A DNA stretch of 64,000 nt from Roseibacillus sp. (GCA_965242925.1 CBDEUM010000042.1:33807-97806), one strand, 5' to 3'; positions 47,567 through 57,518 are shown, numbered from the stretch's first letter. A program made the numbers and translations. The notes: generated by a model not told the origin, from the sequence alone.

Positions 47567-48610
47567 ATGAACCGGGCCAGGATCCATTGCCTCCAGATTC
47601 TCCTCCTCGCCGTCGGCCTGACGGCCTGGGGGCTGCAGACAGGCAGGCTCTACCGGGACGGCAAGTTTGCCAAGGAGCACAATGTGCTCCATCTCAAGCA
47701 AAGTCCCTTTGGGCGGACCCTGTCACTCGCCATGCGCGGACCGGTGGATGTCTACTGGCATCGCGGCGAGCCCCATGAGCACCCGCCGGGAGAGGAACAC
47801 AGCCACAATCACGCCCACGATCACAGTCACGACCCGGGTCTGGCGGCGGGAGAAGACCGCGAGCTCGACTATCTGGTCAGTCTGCTTGAGGAGGACGATC
47901 ACCAGTGCGAACACGAGGAGTGCAAACACGATCACTGCGATCATGCGGATGACACTCCCGTCGCAGTCAGAAAGGAATTTTCCGGAATGCGGCCCTATCT
48001 CCTCGACAGGATCGAGACAATGCGAACCGCATACAATTCACGGACCAACCGGACTGTCGAATCTCCCCGCCATAAGGCCTACATCATGGGAGAGATGGAA
48101 AAAAAACTGGCGGTCGGCTACGAACTGGACCCCAGCAACCTTGCCGCCTACGGAGCCTACTTTCTCTTCCAGAGCGAAGCGCTTGCCCGGGTGGAGGGAG
48201 AGTCCGGGGAGAGCCTCCTCATCCTCGATCGCCGGCGCGAGGCGCACACCCTTGCCCACCGGACGCTCCAATACTGCTGGGCCTTACCCGCAGAGGCCCC
48301 CGCCATGATCACCGGGGCCTCCGCCGCCCACGACTGTCTCCAGATGCTGACGGAGCATCCGGAACCGGACATGCAGCTCGCCCAACGCTATCTGCAACGT
48401 CTCGAAATAATGCTGGGGCAATACGAAGTCATCCGGCAGGCCATGATGGAAAACGGCACCTGGGAGGACTTCCCCACGCCGAGACGGATCGAAATGGAAA
48501 AGAGCCACTCTCTCATCAGGGCCCTGCAACGCGCCGACCTGCATTACTGGAACGGCCCCCTTACCAGGACCGCGCCCGGCAGCCGGCCTGATCCCGGCGC
48601 CGGCAGCTGA
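47567..48610 (+). CDS. Membrane-anchored protein with His/Cys/acid-rich insert
   Basis: N-terminal TM; HEHPPGEEHSHNHAHDHSHD...DHQCEHEECKHDHCDHADD; helical C-terminus. Confidence 0.78.
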   Translation: MNRARIHCLQILLLAVGLTAWGLQTGRLYRDGKFAKEHNVLHLKQSPFGRTLSLAMRGPVDVYWHRGEPHEHPPGEEHSHNHAHDHSHDPGLAAGEDRELDYLVSLLEEDDHQCEHEECKHDHCDHADDTPVAVRKEFSGMRPYLLDRIETMRTAYNSRTNRTVESPRHKAYIMGEMEKKLAVGYELDPSNLAAYGAYFLFQSEALARVEGESGESLLILDRRREAHTLAHRTLQYCWALPAEAPAMITGASAAHDCLQMLTEHPEPDMQLAQRYLQRLEIMLGQYEVIRQAMMENGTWEDFPTPRRIEMEKSHSLIRALQRADLHYWNGPLTRTAPGSRPDPGAGS

Positions 48611-48732
48611 GTACCACTTTTCTCCGACTTCCAACGGTCCTGCAAGGGGCATTGCCACGCAATTCCCTTTGCCGCCGGGATTCCGGAGAGGGCGGTTCCC
48701 TCGCAAGAATTGTCGCCCTTTCCGCTTTCTGG

Positions 48733-49743
48733 CTACGGCTTCCGGCCGCGCTGCTGACGCCAGCGTGGCAGATCCCTGGCGAGGAGGTCCTGCGCGTAAT
48801 GTCCGAGCCATGAGTAGCCGGTGCGCCGCTCGTGGGGGATCCCAGCGAGGCTCTTCTTCGGGACGCCGTCTCGGCCACAGAAGATGGGTTGGTTGGAGCT
48901 CAGGTCGTAAAAGCGGGCCCACAGCGGCGGGCCACCGGGATCCTTGACGACGGCGTAGTCGAAGCCGTTGGGCTTGCTCTTGTCGGCCAGCCGCTTCAAC
49001 CGAATCCCGGTTAACTGCGATTGCTTGAACCACGCGATGGCCGCATCGATGGCACGGATGACGTTCTCGTCCGGTTTCTCGATGCACATCAGGAAACGGA
49101 CGATGCCGACCGATTCGGATCCGCTGAGGGACGGGAGTTCGTAGGACCTGGCATGGCATGGACGAAAGGTGCGGCGGTCGTGCTGGGCGCACCAGGTCGT
49201 GGGGACGTTATCGACGACGACCTGGCACTTGAGGATGCAGGCAATGCCGCGCTCGACCGCTTCTGCACATTCGCGACGGGTGCGCCCGGGGACAAAGGAG
49301 AACGACGGATGTCCGTCCGCGATGTTCTTGAGCAGGTTCATCACCCCGATCATTGCATTGTCGTTGAAGGTGATCTGGGTGGCGTATCCGCGGCCACCCG
49401 GGAACCGCTGTGGCCAGCCTCCATTGTGCATCTGGCCGTCCAGCAGGTATTTGATTCCATTCAGGACCGCTTTCTCGAAGCGAGGATCAGCGGTGCGAGT
49501 GAAGGCTTCCGCCAGAAGATGGATTTCAGTGTGGGTGGCCCCATTGTCGATGGTGGCATCTTCCTGCGAGCGTTGCCTGCGGAGGTCTCGCTGCTGAATA
49601 CGGCTCAGCTTCCGGGTGCGGTCGTAGTTCTTCGGCCACCCGCCGGACTGCCGCTGGCAGGCCAGCATGGTTTCCGGGAGATCAGCATCCCTTGCGGAAG
49701 CAGGGATCCCCATGGTGAGCAGGGCAAGCAGGATTCGCATCAT
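48733..49743 (-). CDS. pelA: Pectate lyase, PL10 (PelA/Pel-15E family)
   Basis: SGGWPKN, TIDNGAT, NGGWPQ, ITFNDNAM, WCAQHD, ARSYE, WARFY, ERRTGYSW. Confidence 0.92.
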   Translation of the reverse strand: MMRILLALLTMGIPASARDADLPETMLACQRQSGGWPKNYDRTRKLSRIQQRDLRRQRSQEDATIDNGATHTEIHLLAEAFTRTADPRFEKAVLNGIKYLLDGQMHNGGWPQRFPGGRGYATQITFNDNAMIGVMNLLKNIADGHPSFSFVPGRTRRECAEAVERGIACILKCQVVVDNVPTTWCAQHDRRTFRPCHARSYELPSLSGSESVGIVRFLMCIEKPDENVIRAIDAAIAWFKQSQLTGIRLKRLADKSKPNGFDYAVVKDPGGPPLWARFYDLSSNQPIFCGRDGVPKKSLAGIPHERRTGYSWLGHYAQDLLARDLPRWRQQRGRKP

Positions 49744-49806
49744 GGCATGGAGCATGGGTCGAGCATTACCTGGGGCGCCCTGGAGGACGGACGATCCCTG
49801 TTCGGA

Positions 49807-51504
49807 TCAATCCCCGTTTGCCGGGACCACGTGGTAGAGGGTTTCGCCGTAGTGGGGCTTGAGGGGCCAGGTATCGGTGCGAAAGGGGAAGGCCGGCAGT
49901 TCCTTGCCATTCATGAGGGAGCCCAGGGGCAGGTTGGACCAGGCGTAGCGGACCGCGACGGGGTTGGGAACATCGGCGGACCAGACCTCCACGCCCGGTG
50001 GTGTGTTGCGGCCGCCGCTGACCCGGGCCTCCGCGTGGTGGAAAACCTGGTCGGCTCCGGCAATATAAAATCCCCGTGCATCGGCCCTGTCGAGCCGCAG
50101 ACCTTCCGCGCCTTCCTGCTCAAAGAGAATGCGGATTCTGCCTTCCGTGTTCTCCATCGATTTGTAGACCGGCCCGTGCCACTGCAGCGGTCCCCTGCGG
50201 ACCGCATCGGTGATGCCATGGACTTCGGAGAGGGCCCAGCGGGCGGCCCGGTCGCCAACCGGGTATTTCCGGCCCGGATGGATATTACTGTTGCTATTGG
50301 CATCGAAACTGACGATCAGGCCGGTGTTCGGAGTAGCGCGCCAGGTCTTGAATTGCACCTCCCGGACGACATTGGTGTGGTGGTTCATGTCGTAGGTCAT
50401 CGAGCGCCGCGTGCTCCAGCCGGCGATCTGGATCATGCCAAAGGGCAGTTCTTCGTTTCGAAAGAGCTTGCGCCAGTCGGCGATGACAGCCGGGAAGGTT
50501 TCGCGGAAGGGGATCCAGGTGTCCCCAAAGGAGTTGTTCTCGCCCTGGTAGAACAGCACACCGCGAATGCTGAGGCCGGCGATCGGCATGATCATCGCAT
50601 TGAGGGGCCCGGCCGGGATGCGGCCTTGAGCCGGATTGAGGTAGCTCCTCGGGTTGGGTTTGCCCGACGGATCCTTCTCGCCCTTTTCCCTGGCCACTCT
50701 GGCGAGCGCTTCCCACTTCTTCTGGTCGGCGGCGAAGCGCCTGGTGGCGCCCTCCTCGCCCTCTCCCTCAATCCAGGCACGGCACTTTTGTTCGTATTGT
50801 TCGAGGTAGGGTTTGGCGGCGGGGAGGGATTCGAGGGTTTGGCGGGTGACCCAATGCTGGGCCATCGTGCCACCCCAGGCCGCGTTGACGAGGCCGATGG
50901 GGACACCGAGGCGACGGTGGAGGCGATGGCCGAAGAAGTAGGCCACACCAGAGCAATCGCCGATCTCCTCCGGGCTACACCGCAGCCAGGTCCCGTCACT
51001 GTTCTCGGCCGGGAAATTATCGCGAGGTTCCGGGGTTCCCTCCGGTTTGATGCGAATGAAGCGGATTCCCGGGTAGTTTGCGGAAGGAATCTCGACATCG
51101 GCATCGCGCGTGCTCCGGAGCCGCCATTCCATGTTGCTTTGACCACCGCAGAGCCAGACGTCCCCGATGAGGACATTCTCGAAACTGAGCGTGCTGGCGG
51201 CGCTTTTCACGGTCAGAACCCGGCCCGAGGATTCGGCTGGCAGAGCGTTCAGGATCACCGACCACCTTCCGTCCGCACCCGGGGTGGCGGTGTGTGTTTG
51301 ACCGGCAAAGGCGACGGTGACGCCCTGTCCTTGTCCCGCCCAGCCCCAGAGACGGATCGGCTGATCCCTCTGCAGGACCATATGGTCGCCGAAAATGTTA
51401 GGCATCCCCAGTCCCTGCCCGGCCCGTGCGGTCGGACAAAGGAACAACAGGGCACCGCAGAGGGTGAGGAGGGTGGGGGTCCGGGGAATCTTATGGATCT
51501 TCAT
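49807..51504 (-). CDS. Sialate O-acetylesterase-family (SGNH) esterase
   Basis: MVLQRD, GDVWLCGGQSNME, FYQGENN, IHP, VRYAW. Confidence 0.92.
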   Translation of the reverse strand: MKIHKIPRTPTLLTLCGALLFLCPTARAGQGLGMPNIFGDHMVLQRDQPIRLWGWAGQGQGVTVAFAGQTHTATPGADGRWSVILNALPAESSGRVLTVKSAASTLSFENVLIGDVWLCGGQSNMEWRLRSTRDADVEIPSANYPGIRFIRIKPEGTPEPRDNFPAENSDGTWLRCSPEEIGDCSGVAYFFGHRLHRRLGVPIGLVNAAWGGTMAQHWVTRQTLESLPAAKPYLEQYEQKCRAWIEGEGEEGATRRFAADQKKWEALARVAREKGEKDPSGKPNPRSYLNPAQGRIPAGPLNAMIMPIAGLSIRGVLFYQGENNSFGDTWIPFRETFPAVIADWRKLFRNEELPFGMIQIAGWSTRRSMTYDMNHHTNVVREVQFKTWRATPNTGLIVSFDANSNSNIHPGRKYPVGDRAARWALSEVHGITDAVRRGPLQWHGPVYKSMENTEGRIRILFEQEGAEGLRLDRADARGFYIAGADQVFHHAEARVSGGRNTPPGVEVWSADVPNPVAVRYAWSNLPLGSLMNGKELPAFPFRTDTWPLKPHYGETLYHVVPANGD

Positions 51505-51822
51505 GGCTGGGAGCGGATTGGGAAAGGGAGGGCTTGGCTCCTGCTCGGCGTGCCGCCGTCGGAGGCGTTACGTCGCGGTCCCACGATGACATTTCAACGA
51601 ACCTTCCGCCATCCCATGATTACGGTTCCTGTTGCTCTCCTGATCGCCGCGGTCGCGTCGTCGGTTGCGGCCACGCTCGAATCATAGACGGTCCCGGTAG
51701 CTGACCGCCACTATTTCCCGCCCTCCAGCACACGGAAAGGGCGGGCATCAGGGGCCCCTTTCTGTTCAAGGGCATCAGCATCCGCTCTCGACATCTCCGC
51801 CTGCCCCCGCAATCTGCCCTCC

Positions 51823-52539
51823 GTGCCGACCCTCATCGAAGCTGCCGACCAGCTGCGCAGGACGCTCCGCCCGCTCGCCTTCTCCGCCCCGGTGACCCAC
51901 ACCTACAACCCCCTGGACTACGCCTGGGACCGGCACTGCGACTACCTCGAGCGCTTCGGGAAGGGCCGCAAACAAGTTCTCCTCCTCGGCATGAACCCCG
52001 GGCCCTTCGGGATGGCCCAGACCGGTGTTCCCTTTGGCGAAATCTCCTCCGTCCGCGACTGGATGGGGATCTCAGGCCCTGTAGGAACACCGGATTCCGA
52101 ACACCCCAGGCGCCCCATCACCGGATTTGACTGCGAACGCTCGGAAGTGAGTGGCCGACGTCTCTGGGGACTCTTCGCCGAGCGCTTTCCCGACCCGAAT
52201 GACTTCTTTGCCGATCACTTCGTGGCCAACTACTGCCCCCTGGTCTGGATGAAGGACACCGGGGCCAACCTGACCCCGGACAAGATTCCGGCCGAATCCA
52301 TGAAACCCGTCGATGAGGCCTGCCTCACCCATCTCCGTGCCATCGTCCAGCTCCTCAACCCTCAGTATCTCATCGGGGTCGGCGCCTACGCCGAAAAGCA
52401 CCTCGCAGGAACGGACGCGGATCTCGGGTCCGGGGCCACCATCGGCAGAATCCTCCACCCCAGTCCCGCCTCGCCTGCCGCCAACAAGGACTGGGCAGGA
52501 ACCGCCACCAGGCAGTTGCAGGAGCTGGGAATCTGGTAG
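51823..52539 (+). CDS. SMUG1-type (family 3) uracil-DNA glycosylase
   Basis: YNPLDYA, GMNPGPFGMAQTGVPFG, SEVSGRRLWG, NYCPL, HPSPASP. Confidence 0.93.
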   Translation: MPTLIEAADQLRRTLRPLAFSAPVTHTYNPLDYAWDRHCDYLERFGKGRKQVLLLGMNPGPFGMAQTGVPFGEISSVRDWMGISGPVGTPDSEHPRRPITGFDCERSEVSGRRLWGLFAERFPDPNDFFADHFVANYCPLVWMKDTGANLTPDKIPAESMKPVDEACLTHLRAIVQLLNPQYLIGVGAYAEKHLAGTDADLGSGATIGRILHPSPASPAANKDWAGTATRQLQELGIW

Positions 52540-52559
52540 CGCCTCCCGGCCTCCCGGAT

Positions 52560-54248
52560 CTACCGCAATAGATTCCAGGCACTTACCAGCGCCTTGAGAC
52601 CTGCCATTTCGATGGACGGGTCAACTCCTGCGCCCCAGACCGGTCGCCCGTCATCGTGCTTGAGCTGGACATAGGCGGCGGCATCGGAGCTGGATCCATC
52701 CCGCAGGGCATGGGACCGGTAGTCGGTGAGAACGAAATCCTTGTGACCGTTCTCCTCCAGCGCGTGCACAAAGGCATTGATGGGACCGTTGCCCTGGCCC
52801 ACGATGTGACGCTTCTCTCCGTTGAGAAGAACCTCCGCCCGACAACGCACCGTTCCCCGTTCTCCTGCCTGCTGATCGAGCTCGTAGTCGATCACATGCA
52901 GCGGCTCCCCCACGTTGGCAAAATACCTGAAGAAGGCGTCCTTCACCTCGCCGGGATTGAGTTCACGTCCCAGTTGATCGGCGAGATCGTAGACCTGTTT
53001 GCCGACCTGGGGGTGCATGGTCTTGGGAAGATCGAACCCGTATTCGCGGTCGAGGATATAGGCCACCCCGCCTTTCCCGGACTGTGAGTTGATCCGGATG
53101 ATCGCTTCATAGCTGCGGCCGATGTCCTCCGGGTCGATGGTCAGGTAGGGCACGCCCCACTTGACCACTTCCCCTTCCTCCCCGGCCGCCTCCTCGCGAC
53201 GCCGGTCAAAACCCTTCTTGATGGCATCCTGGTGGCTGCCCGAAAAGGCGGTAAACACCAGTTCCCCGGCGTAGGGCTGGCGATCTGGAACCTCCATCCG
53301 CGTGGTCCGCTCGTAGACTTCCCGAATGCGTGGAAGGTCAGTGAAATCGAGACCGGTTTCGATCCCGTGACTGTTCATGTTCAGCGCGGCAACCACGATG
53401 TCCAGATTCCCGGTCCGTTCTCCGTTGCCGAAAAGGGTGCCCTCCACCCGGTCGGCACCGGCCAGCAGGCCCAGTTCGGTGGCCGCGATCCCGGTGCCCC
53501 TGTCGTTATGGGTGTGCAGCGAAACGTAGACGCTTTCCCGGTTCTTCACGTTGCGGCAGAACCACTCGATCTGGTCGGCGTGAACGTTGGGGGTGGTCCA
53601 CTCCACGGTCGCGGGCAGGTTGAGGATGACCGGCTTCTCCGGGGTGGGCTCCCACACGTCCATGACCGCCTCGCAAACCTCCAGCGCAAACTCAAGCTCG
53701 GTGTCGGAGAACGACTCCGGCGAATACTCCAGGTTGATGTTGGTTCCCGGCACGGTGGGGATCAGTTCCTTCACCATACTGGCTCCATCCACCGCGATCT
53801 TCCTGATGTCCCCGCGACTGGCATCGTTGAAAGTCACCCGGCGCTGCAGCGGCGAAGTGGAGTTATACATGTGCACGATGGCATTCTTCACGCCATCGAG
53901 CGCCTCGAAGGTGCGACGGATCAGGTGCTCGCGGGCCTGCACCAGGACCTGCACCTGAACCTCATCCGGAATCCGTTTCTCCTCCACCAGCCGGCGCAGG
54001 AAATTGAACTCGGTATCGGAGGCCGAGGGAAACCCGACCTCGATCTGCCTGAACCCCACTCCCACGAGAAGCTCGAACATCTCCAGCTTCTCTTCCACGC
54101 TCATGGGGACGGGCAGAGCCTGGTTGCCATCCCGGAGATCAACCGAACACCAGATGGGTGCCTCGGTTATAGCGCGGTCCGGCCATTGCCGATCCGTAAG
54201 GCCGACCTCGGGGAAGAGCCGGTACTTTCGGATGTTCTGGGTGTTCAT
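52560..54248 (-). CDS. leuA: 2-isopropylmalate synthase (yeast/actinobacterial type)
   Basis: WCSVDLRDGNQAL, YSPESF, HTHNDRG, GNGERTGN, SGSHQDAIKKG, NSQSGKGG. Confidence 0.97.
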   Translation of the reverse strand: MNTQNIRKYRLFPEVGLTDRQWPDRAITEAPIWCSVDLRDGNQALPVPMSVEEKLEMFELLVGVGFRQIEVGFPSASDTEFNFLRRLVEEKRIPDEVQVQVLVQAREHLIRRTFEALDGVKNAIVHMYNSTSPLQRRVTFNDASRGDIRKIAVDGASMVKELIPTVPGTNINLEYSPESFSDTELEFALEVCEAVMDVWEPTPEKPVILNLPATVEWTTPNVHADQIEWFCRNVKNRESVYVSLHTHNDRGTGIAATELGLLAGADRVEGTLFGNGERTGNLDIVVAALNMNSHGIETGLDFTDLPRIREVYERTTRMEVPDRQPYAGELVFTAFSGSHQDAIKKGFDRRREEAAGEEGEVVKWGVPYLTIDPEDIGRSYEAIIRINSQSGKGGVAYILDREYGFDLPKTMHPQVGKQVYDLADQLGRELNPGEVKDAFFRYFANVGEPLHVIDYELDQQAGERGTVRCRAEVLLNGEKRHIVGQGNGPINAFVHALEENGHKDFVLTDYRSHALRDGSSSDAAAYVQLKHDDGRPVWGAGVDPSIEMAGLKALVSAWNLLR

Positions 54249-54360
54249 CGTTCGGTTCGTTGGTGTTGATCTTTTGTCGGAGCCTTGGCAAGCGCATTGG
54301 ACATAGTTCACCCCAAAAACCGGGAAAGAGAAGTTGGACCAACACACATATGAGCCCGGA

Positions 54361-54414
54361 CTAGCGTCCGAGTCGCAGCACGTGAAGGGCAGGTGCCGTG
54401 GTCCAATTGTTCAT
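54361..54414 (-). promoter_or_regulatory. Putative leuA leader peptide (MNNWTTAPALHVLRLGR) / attenuator
   Basis: 17-codon ORF 112 nt upstream of leuA with three Leu codons near the stop; leader sequence is complementary to two downstream segments. Confidence 0.55.
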
Positions 54415-54604
54415 CGGCCGGAGAACTCGCACGGGGCAGGGCCCCCTGTCGAGGGAAAAGGAGGCCCCCCTCCCTCCCCGTCCCGGGGAAATCAGGTTTC
54501 AGAAATTCCAGCCAAAGGGCGGGAAAACTCCCGCTTTCATGGTCTCTCGCCTTGCGCAACGGCCCGACATGCCGTTGCGTAAGGACCGCTCCCCCGTTTT
54601 GCTC

Positions 54605-55408
54605 ATGAACGATCCCGCCCGTCGCCGCGCTTCGGACCTCATCAGGGGTTTGGACCGCGTGCTGGTTGCCTTCTCAGGTGGGATCGACAGCACCCTCGTC
54701 CTGCGACTCGCCTGCCAGGAGCTCGGGGCCAACGTTGTGGCCGTCACCGCGATCTCACCCAGTCTGGCCCGCCGCGACCTGGAAGTATCCCAAGAAATCG
54801 CGCGGGAGATCGGAGTCCCCCACGAACTGATCAAGAGTGGTGAAACCGAGGATTCCCGCTACCGGCGTAACGACCCCCAGCGTTGCTACTTCTGCAAGAC
54901 CAACGTCTATCAATCCCTCATCGACTTCGCGGACCGGGAGGGCTTCCCCTGGATTCTCGACGGCACCAATGCTGACGATACCGGAGACCACCGGCCCGGC
55001 CTGCAGGCCGCCCGGGAACACGGCGTGCGCAGCCCCCTTCAGGAAGCCGGGATCGGGAAGGAGGAAATCCGGACCTGGGCCCGTGAACTGGGACTTTCCA
55101 ACTGGAACCGCCCCGCCAATGCCTGCCTCTCTTCCCGGGTTCCCTACGGCTCCGAGGTCACCCCGGAAAAACTGGCCCAGATCGAACAGGCCGAGGCCTC
55201 CCTGGTCAAACTGGGTTTTCACGAACTGCGGGTGCGCCATCACGGTCAGGTGGCCCGCATCGAGGTGAGCAAGGACGAGCTTCCGCTGGCGGTGGAGCAA
55301 GGGGACCGCATCACGGGCGCAATGAGGGAGGCGGGCTTCCTCTACGCCACCCTGGATCTCGCGGGATTCCGTTCCGGCAGCATGAATGACATCCTCAGAA
55401 AGAAATGA
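54605..55408 (+). CDS. larE: ATP-dependent sulfur transferase LarE
   Basis: AFSGGIDS, RCYFCK, DGTNADD.GDHRPG, ACLSSRVPYG. Confidence 0.93.
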   Translation: MNDPARRRASDLIRGLDRVLVAFSGGIDSTLVLRLACQELGANVVAVTAISPSLARRDLEVSQEIAREIGVPHELIKSGETEDSRYRRNDPQRCYFCKTNVYQSLIDFADREGFPWILDGTNADDTGDHRPGLQAAREHGVRSPLQEAGIGKEEIRTWARELGLSNWNRPANACLSSRVPYGSEVTPEKLAQIEQAEASLVKLGFHELRVRHHGQVARIEVSKDELPLAVEQGDRITGAMREAGFLYATLDLAGFRSGSMNDILRKK

Positions 55409-56163
55409 GTCCGGAGCACATCGAGAAACTGCTCAGGCAGGTCGCCTCCGGAGAGATTTCTACCGCGGAAGCCATGGAAAAGCTGCGGGAACTGCCCTTC
55501 ACGGAGCTCGCTCACACCACCGTTGATACCCACCGCGAACTACGCCAGGGAGCTCCCGAGGCCGTCTATGGCGCCGGCAAGAGCGCGGAACAACTGATTG
55601 AGATCCTCGACCGACTCTACCAGGCCCACGAGCGAGCCCTCGCCACCCGGGTCAACCGCCGCAAGGCACGAGCCGTACAGGAGGCCCTGCCCGAGGCCCA
55701 TTACAACAATCTCTCCCGGCTCCTCACCCTCGGCGAGCGCCCCGAAGCTCCCGCCCACCCCTACGCGGTGGTGGCCTGTGCGGGCACTTCCGATCTTCCC
55801 GTGGCCGAGGAGGCCTCCCAGACCCTTGAGTTTCTCGGCCACCGCGTGGAGCGCCTCACTGACGTGGGCGTAGCCGGCCTTCACCGTCTCCTCGACAAGC
55901 TGGAGAAACTCCACGGTGCCGGCGTGGTGCTGAGCGTGGCGGGGATGGAGGGCGCCCTTACCAGCGTGATCGGAGGACTGGTGGCCTGCCCGGTAATCGG
56001 AATTCCCACCAGCGTGGGCTACGGGGTCTCCCGCGGCGGGGAAACCGCCCTGCACGCCATGTTGTCCTCCTGCGCTTCCGGGGTGGCAGTGGTCAACATC
56101 GATAACGGCTTCGGAGCCGCCATGGTGGCCCGCGCGATCATGCGGACCGGCGGCTCCTCTTGA
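55405..56163 (+). CDS. larB: Nickel-pincer cofactor biosynthesis protein LarB
   Basis: AGTSDLPVAEEA, DVGVAGLHRL, AGMEGAL, PTSVGYG, VVNIDNGFGAA. Confidence 0.95.
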   Translation: MSPEHIEKLLRQVASGEISTAEAMEKLRELPFTELAHTTVDTHRELRQGAPEAVYGAGKSAEQLIEILDRLYQAHERALATRVNRRKARAVQEALPEAHYNNLSRLLTLGERPEAPAHPYAVVACAGTSDLPVAEEASQTLEFLGHRVERLTDVGVAGLHRLLDKLEKLHGAGVVLSVAGMEGALTSVIGGLVACPVIGIPTSVGYGVSRGGETALHAMLSSCASGVAVVNIDNGFGAAMVARAIMRTGGSS

Positions 56164-56217
56164 GACCGGGGCGGGTTGGGGCTTTCCTTTCCATCCATTC
56201 CCCGTTCCAATCCGTCC

Positions 56218-57438
56218 ATGCGTACGGCCTACTTCGACTGCATCGCGGGAGCAAGCGGAGACATGATGCTTGGAGCTCTGGTGGACGCAGGGCTCCCCGC
56301 CACCCAGCTGGAGGCAGAGCTCGCCAAGCTCCACCTCAAGGACTTTCACCTCCATATCAATCGCGTTTCGAAGAATGCCTTCAGCGCCGTCAAGGTGGAT
56401 GTCCATGTCCACGACGACGCCCCGGAACGCCACCTTGCCGATATTCGCGGGGTGGTGGAGGGAAGTCACCTTTCGGACCGGGTGAAGGAAACCGCCATCC
56501 GCATCTTCACCCGGATCTGCGAAGCGGAAGCCGCCATTCACGATTCCACGGTCGAGAAAGTGCACCTTCACGAAGTGGGCGGGGTCGATGCCATCGTCGA
56601 CGTCTGCGGCACCCTGGCCGGACTTGAAGCGCTGGGGATCGAACAGGTCCGGGTCTCACCCTTTCCCCTCGGTCGCGGGTTCGTGACGGGGGCCCACGGC
56701 CAGATTCCCCTGCCCGCCCCCGCCGCCCTTGCCCTCATGAAGGGGTGTCCGGTAACAGGCACCCGCATCGATGCCGAGCTGGTCACTCCCACCGGGGCGG
56801 CCGTCCTCTCGGAGGTGGCTGCCGGCTTCGGCCCCATCCCCGCCCTCACCCTCGATTCCATTGGCTACGGCGCGGGCAGCAACGACCATGAAATCCCCAA
56901 TGTCCTGCGGCTCATCATCGGGGAGGCGGTGGGCACCTCCGGGCTCCTTACCGAGACCCTCGTACAACTGGAAACCAATCTGGACGATGATTCACCAGAG
57001 CTCGTGGGCCACCTTGCCGGCCATCTGCTGGAAGCTGGAGCCCTGGACGTTTCCGTCATTCCGGCCCAGATGAAAAAGGGCCGCCCCGGAGTCCTTCTCC
57101 AGGTCCTCGCCAAGCCCCAGCACGCCGACGCCCTGAAGCACCTCCTCTTCCACGAAAGCTCCACCCTCGGGGTCCGCCGCCAGGAAGTGCAACGGGACTT
57201 CCTCCCCCGGCGCAGCGAGTCGGTAGACACCAAGTTCGGCAGGATTCGCGTCAAGATCGCCACCCTCCCCGGGGGACAATCCCGTGTCACCCCCGAATAT
57301 GAGGACTGCCGCCAGGCGGCCGCCGAGAGCGCGACCCCGCTCCGTGAGATCTACCGCCACGTCGAGCACGAGGCCGCCCACGCCCTGCATCTCCCCCACT
57401 CCCACGGGCATGATCACGATCATGGACATCACCACTAG
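56218..57438 (+). CDS. larC: Nickel insertase LarC (single ORF, His-rich C-terminal tail)
   Basis: GASGDMMLGAL, HLHEVGGVDAIVD, HGQIPLPAPA, ELVTPTGAA, ETNLDD, MKKGRPG, PEYED. Confidence 0.95.
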   Translation: MRTAYFDCIAGASGDMMLGALVDAGLPATQLEAELAKLHLKDFHLHINRVSKNAFSAVKVDVHVHDDAPERHLADIRGVVEGSHLSDRVKETAIRIFTRICEAEAAIHDSTVEKVHLHEVGGVDAIVDVCGTLAGLEALGIEQVRVSPFPLGRGFVTGAHGQIPLPAPAALALMKGCPVTGTRIDAELVTPTGAAVLSEVAAGFGPIPALTLDSIGYGAGSNDHEIPNVLRLIIGEAVGTSGLLTETLVQLETNLDDDSPELVGHLAGHLLEAGALDVSVIPAQMKKGRPGVLLQVLAKPQHADALKHLLFHESSTLGVRRQEVQRDFLPRRSESVDTKFGRIRVKIATLPGGQSRVTPEYEDCRQAAAESATPLREIYRHVEHEAAHALHLPHSHGHDHDHGHHH

Positions 57439-57518
57439 ATCCCGGAGCTGAGGTTCAAGCAGGCGGATCCCCTTCCATTTTCCCGTTTCATCCGGCCTGC
57501 CGCGGTGTAGCATCGGGC

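Noticed and set aside
49021..51687. 888-aa + strand ORF
   Set aside because: Antisense shadow of pelA and the esterase gene; typical of high-GC codon bias, with no recognisable motifs.
51586..51687. 33-codon signal-peptide-like ORF (MTFQRTFRHPMITVPVALLIAAVASSVAATLES) upstream of the glycosylase
   Set aside because: May be a remnant of a deleted secreted-protein gene, but it is too short, with no supporting RBS or recognisable homology.
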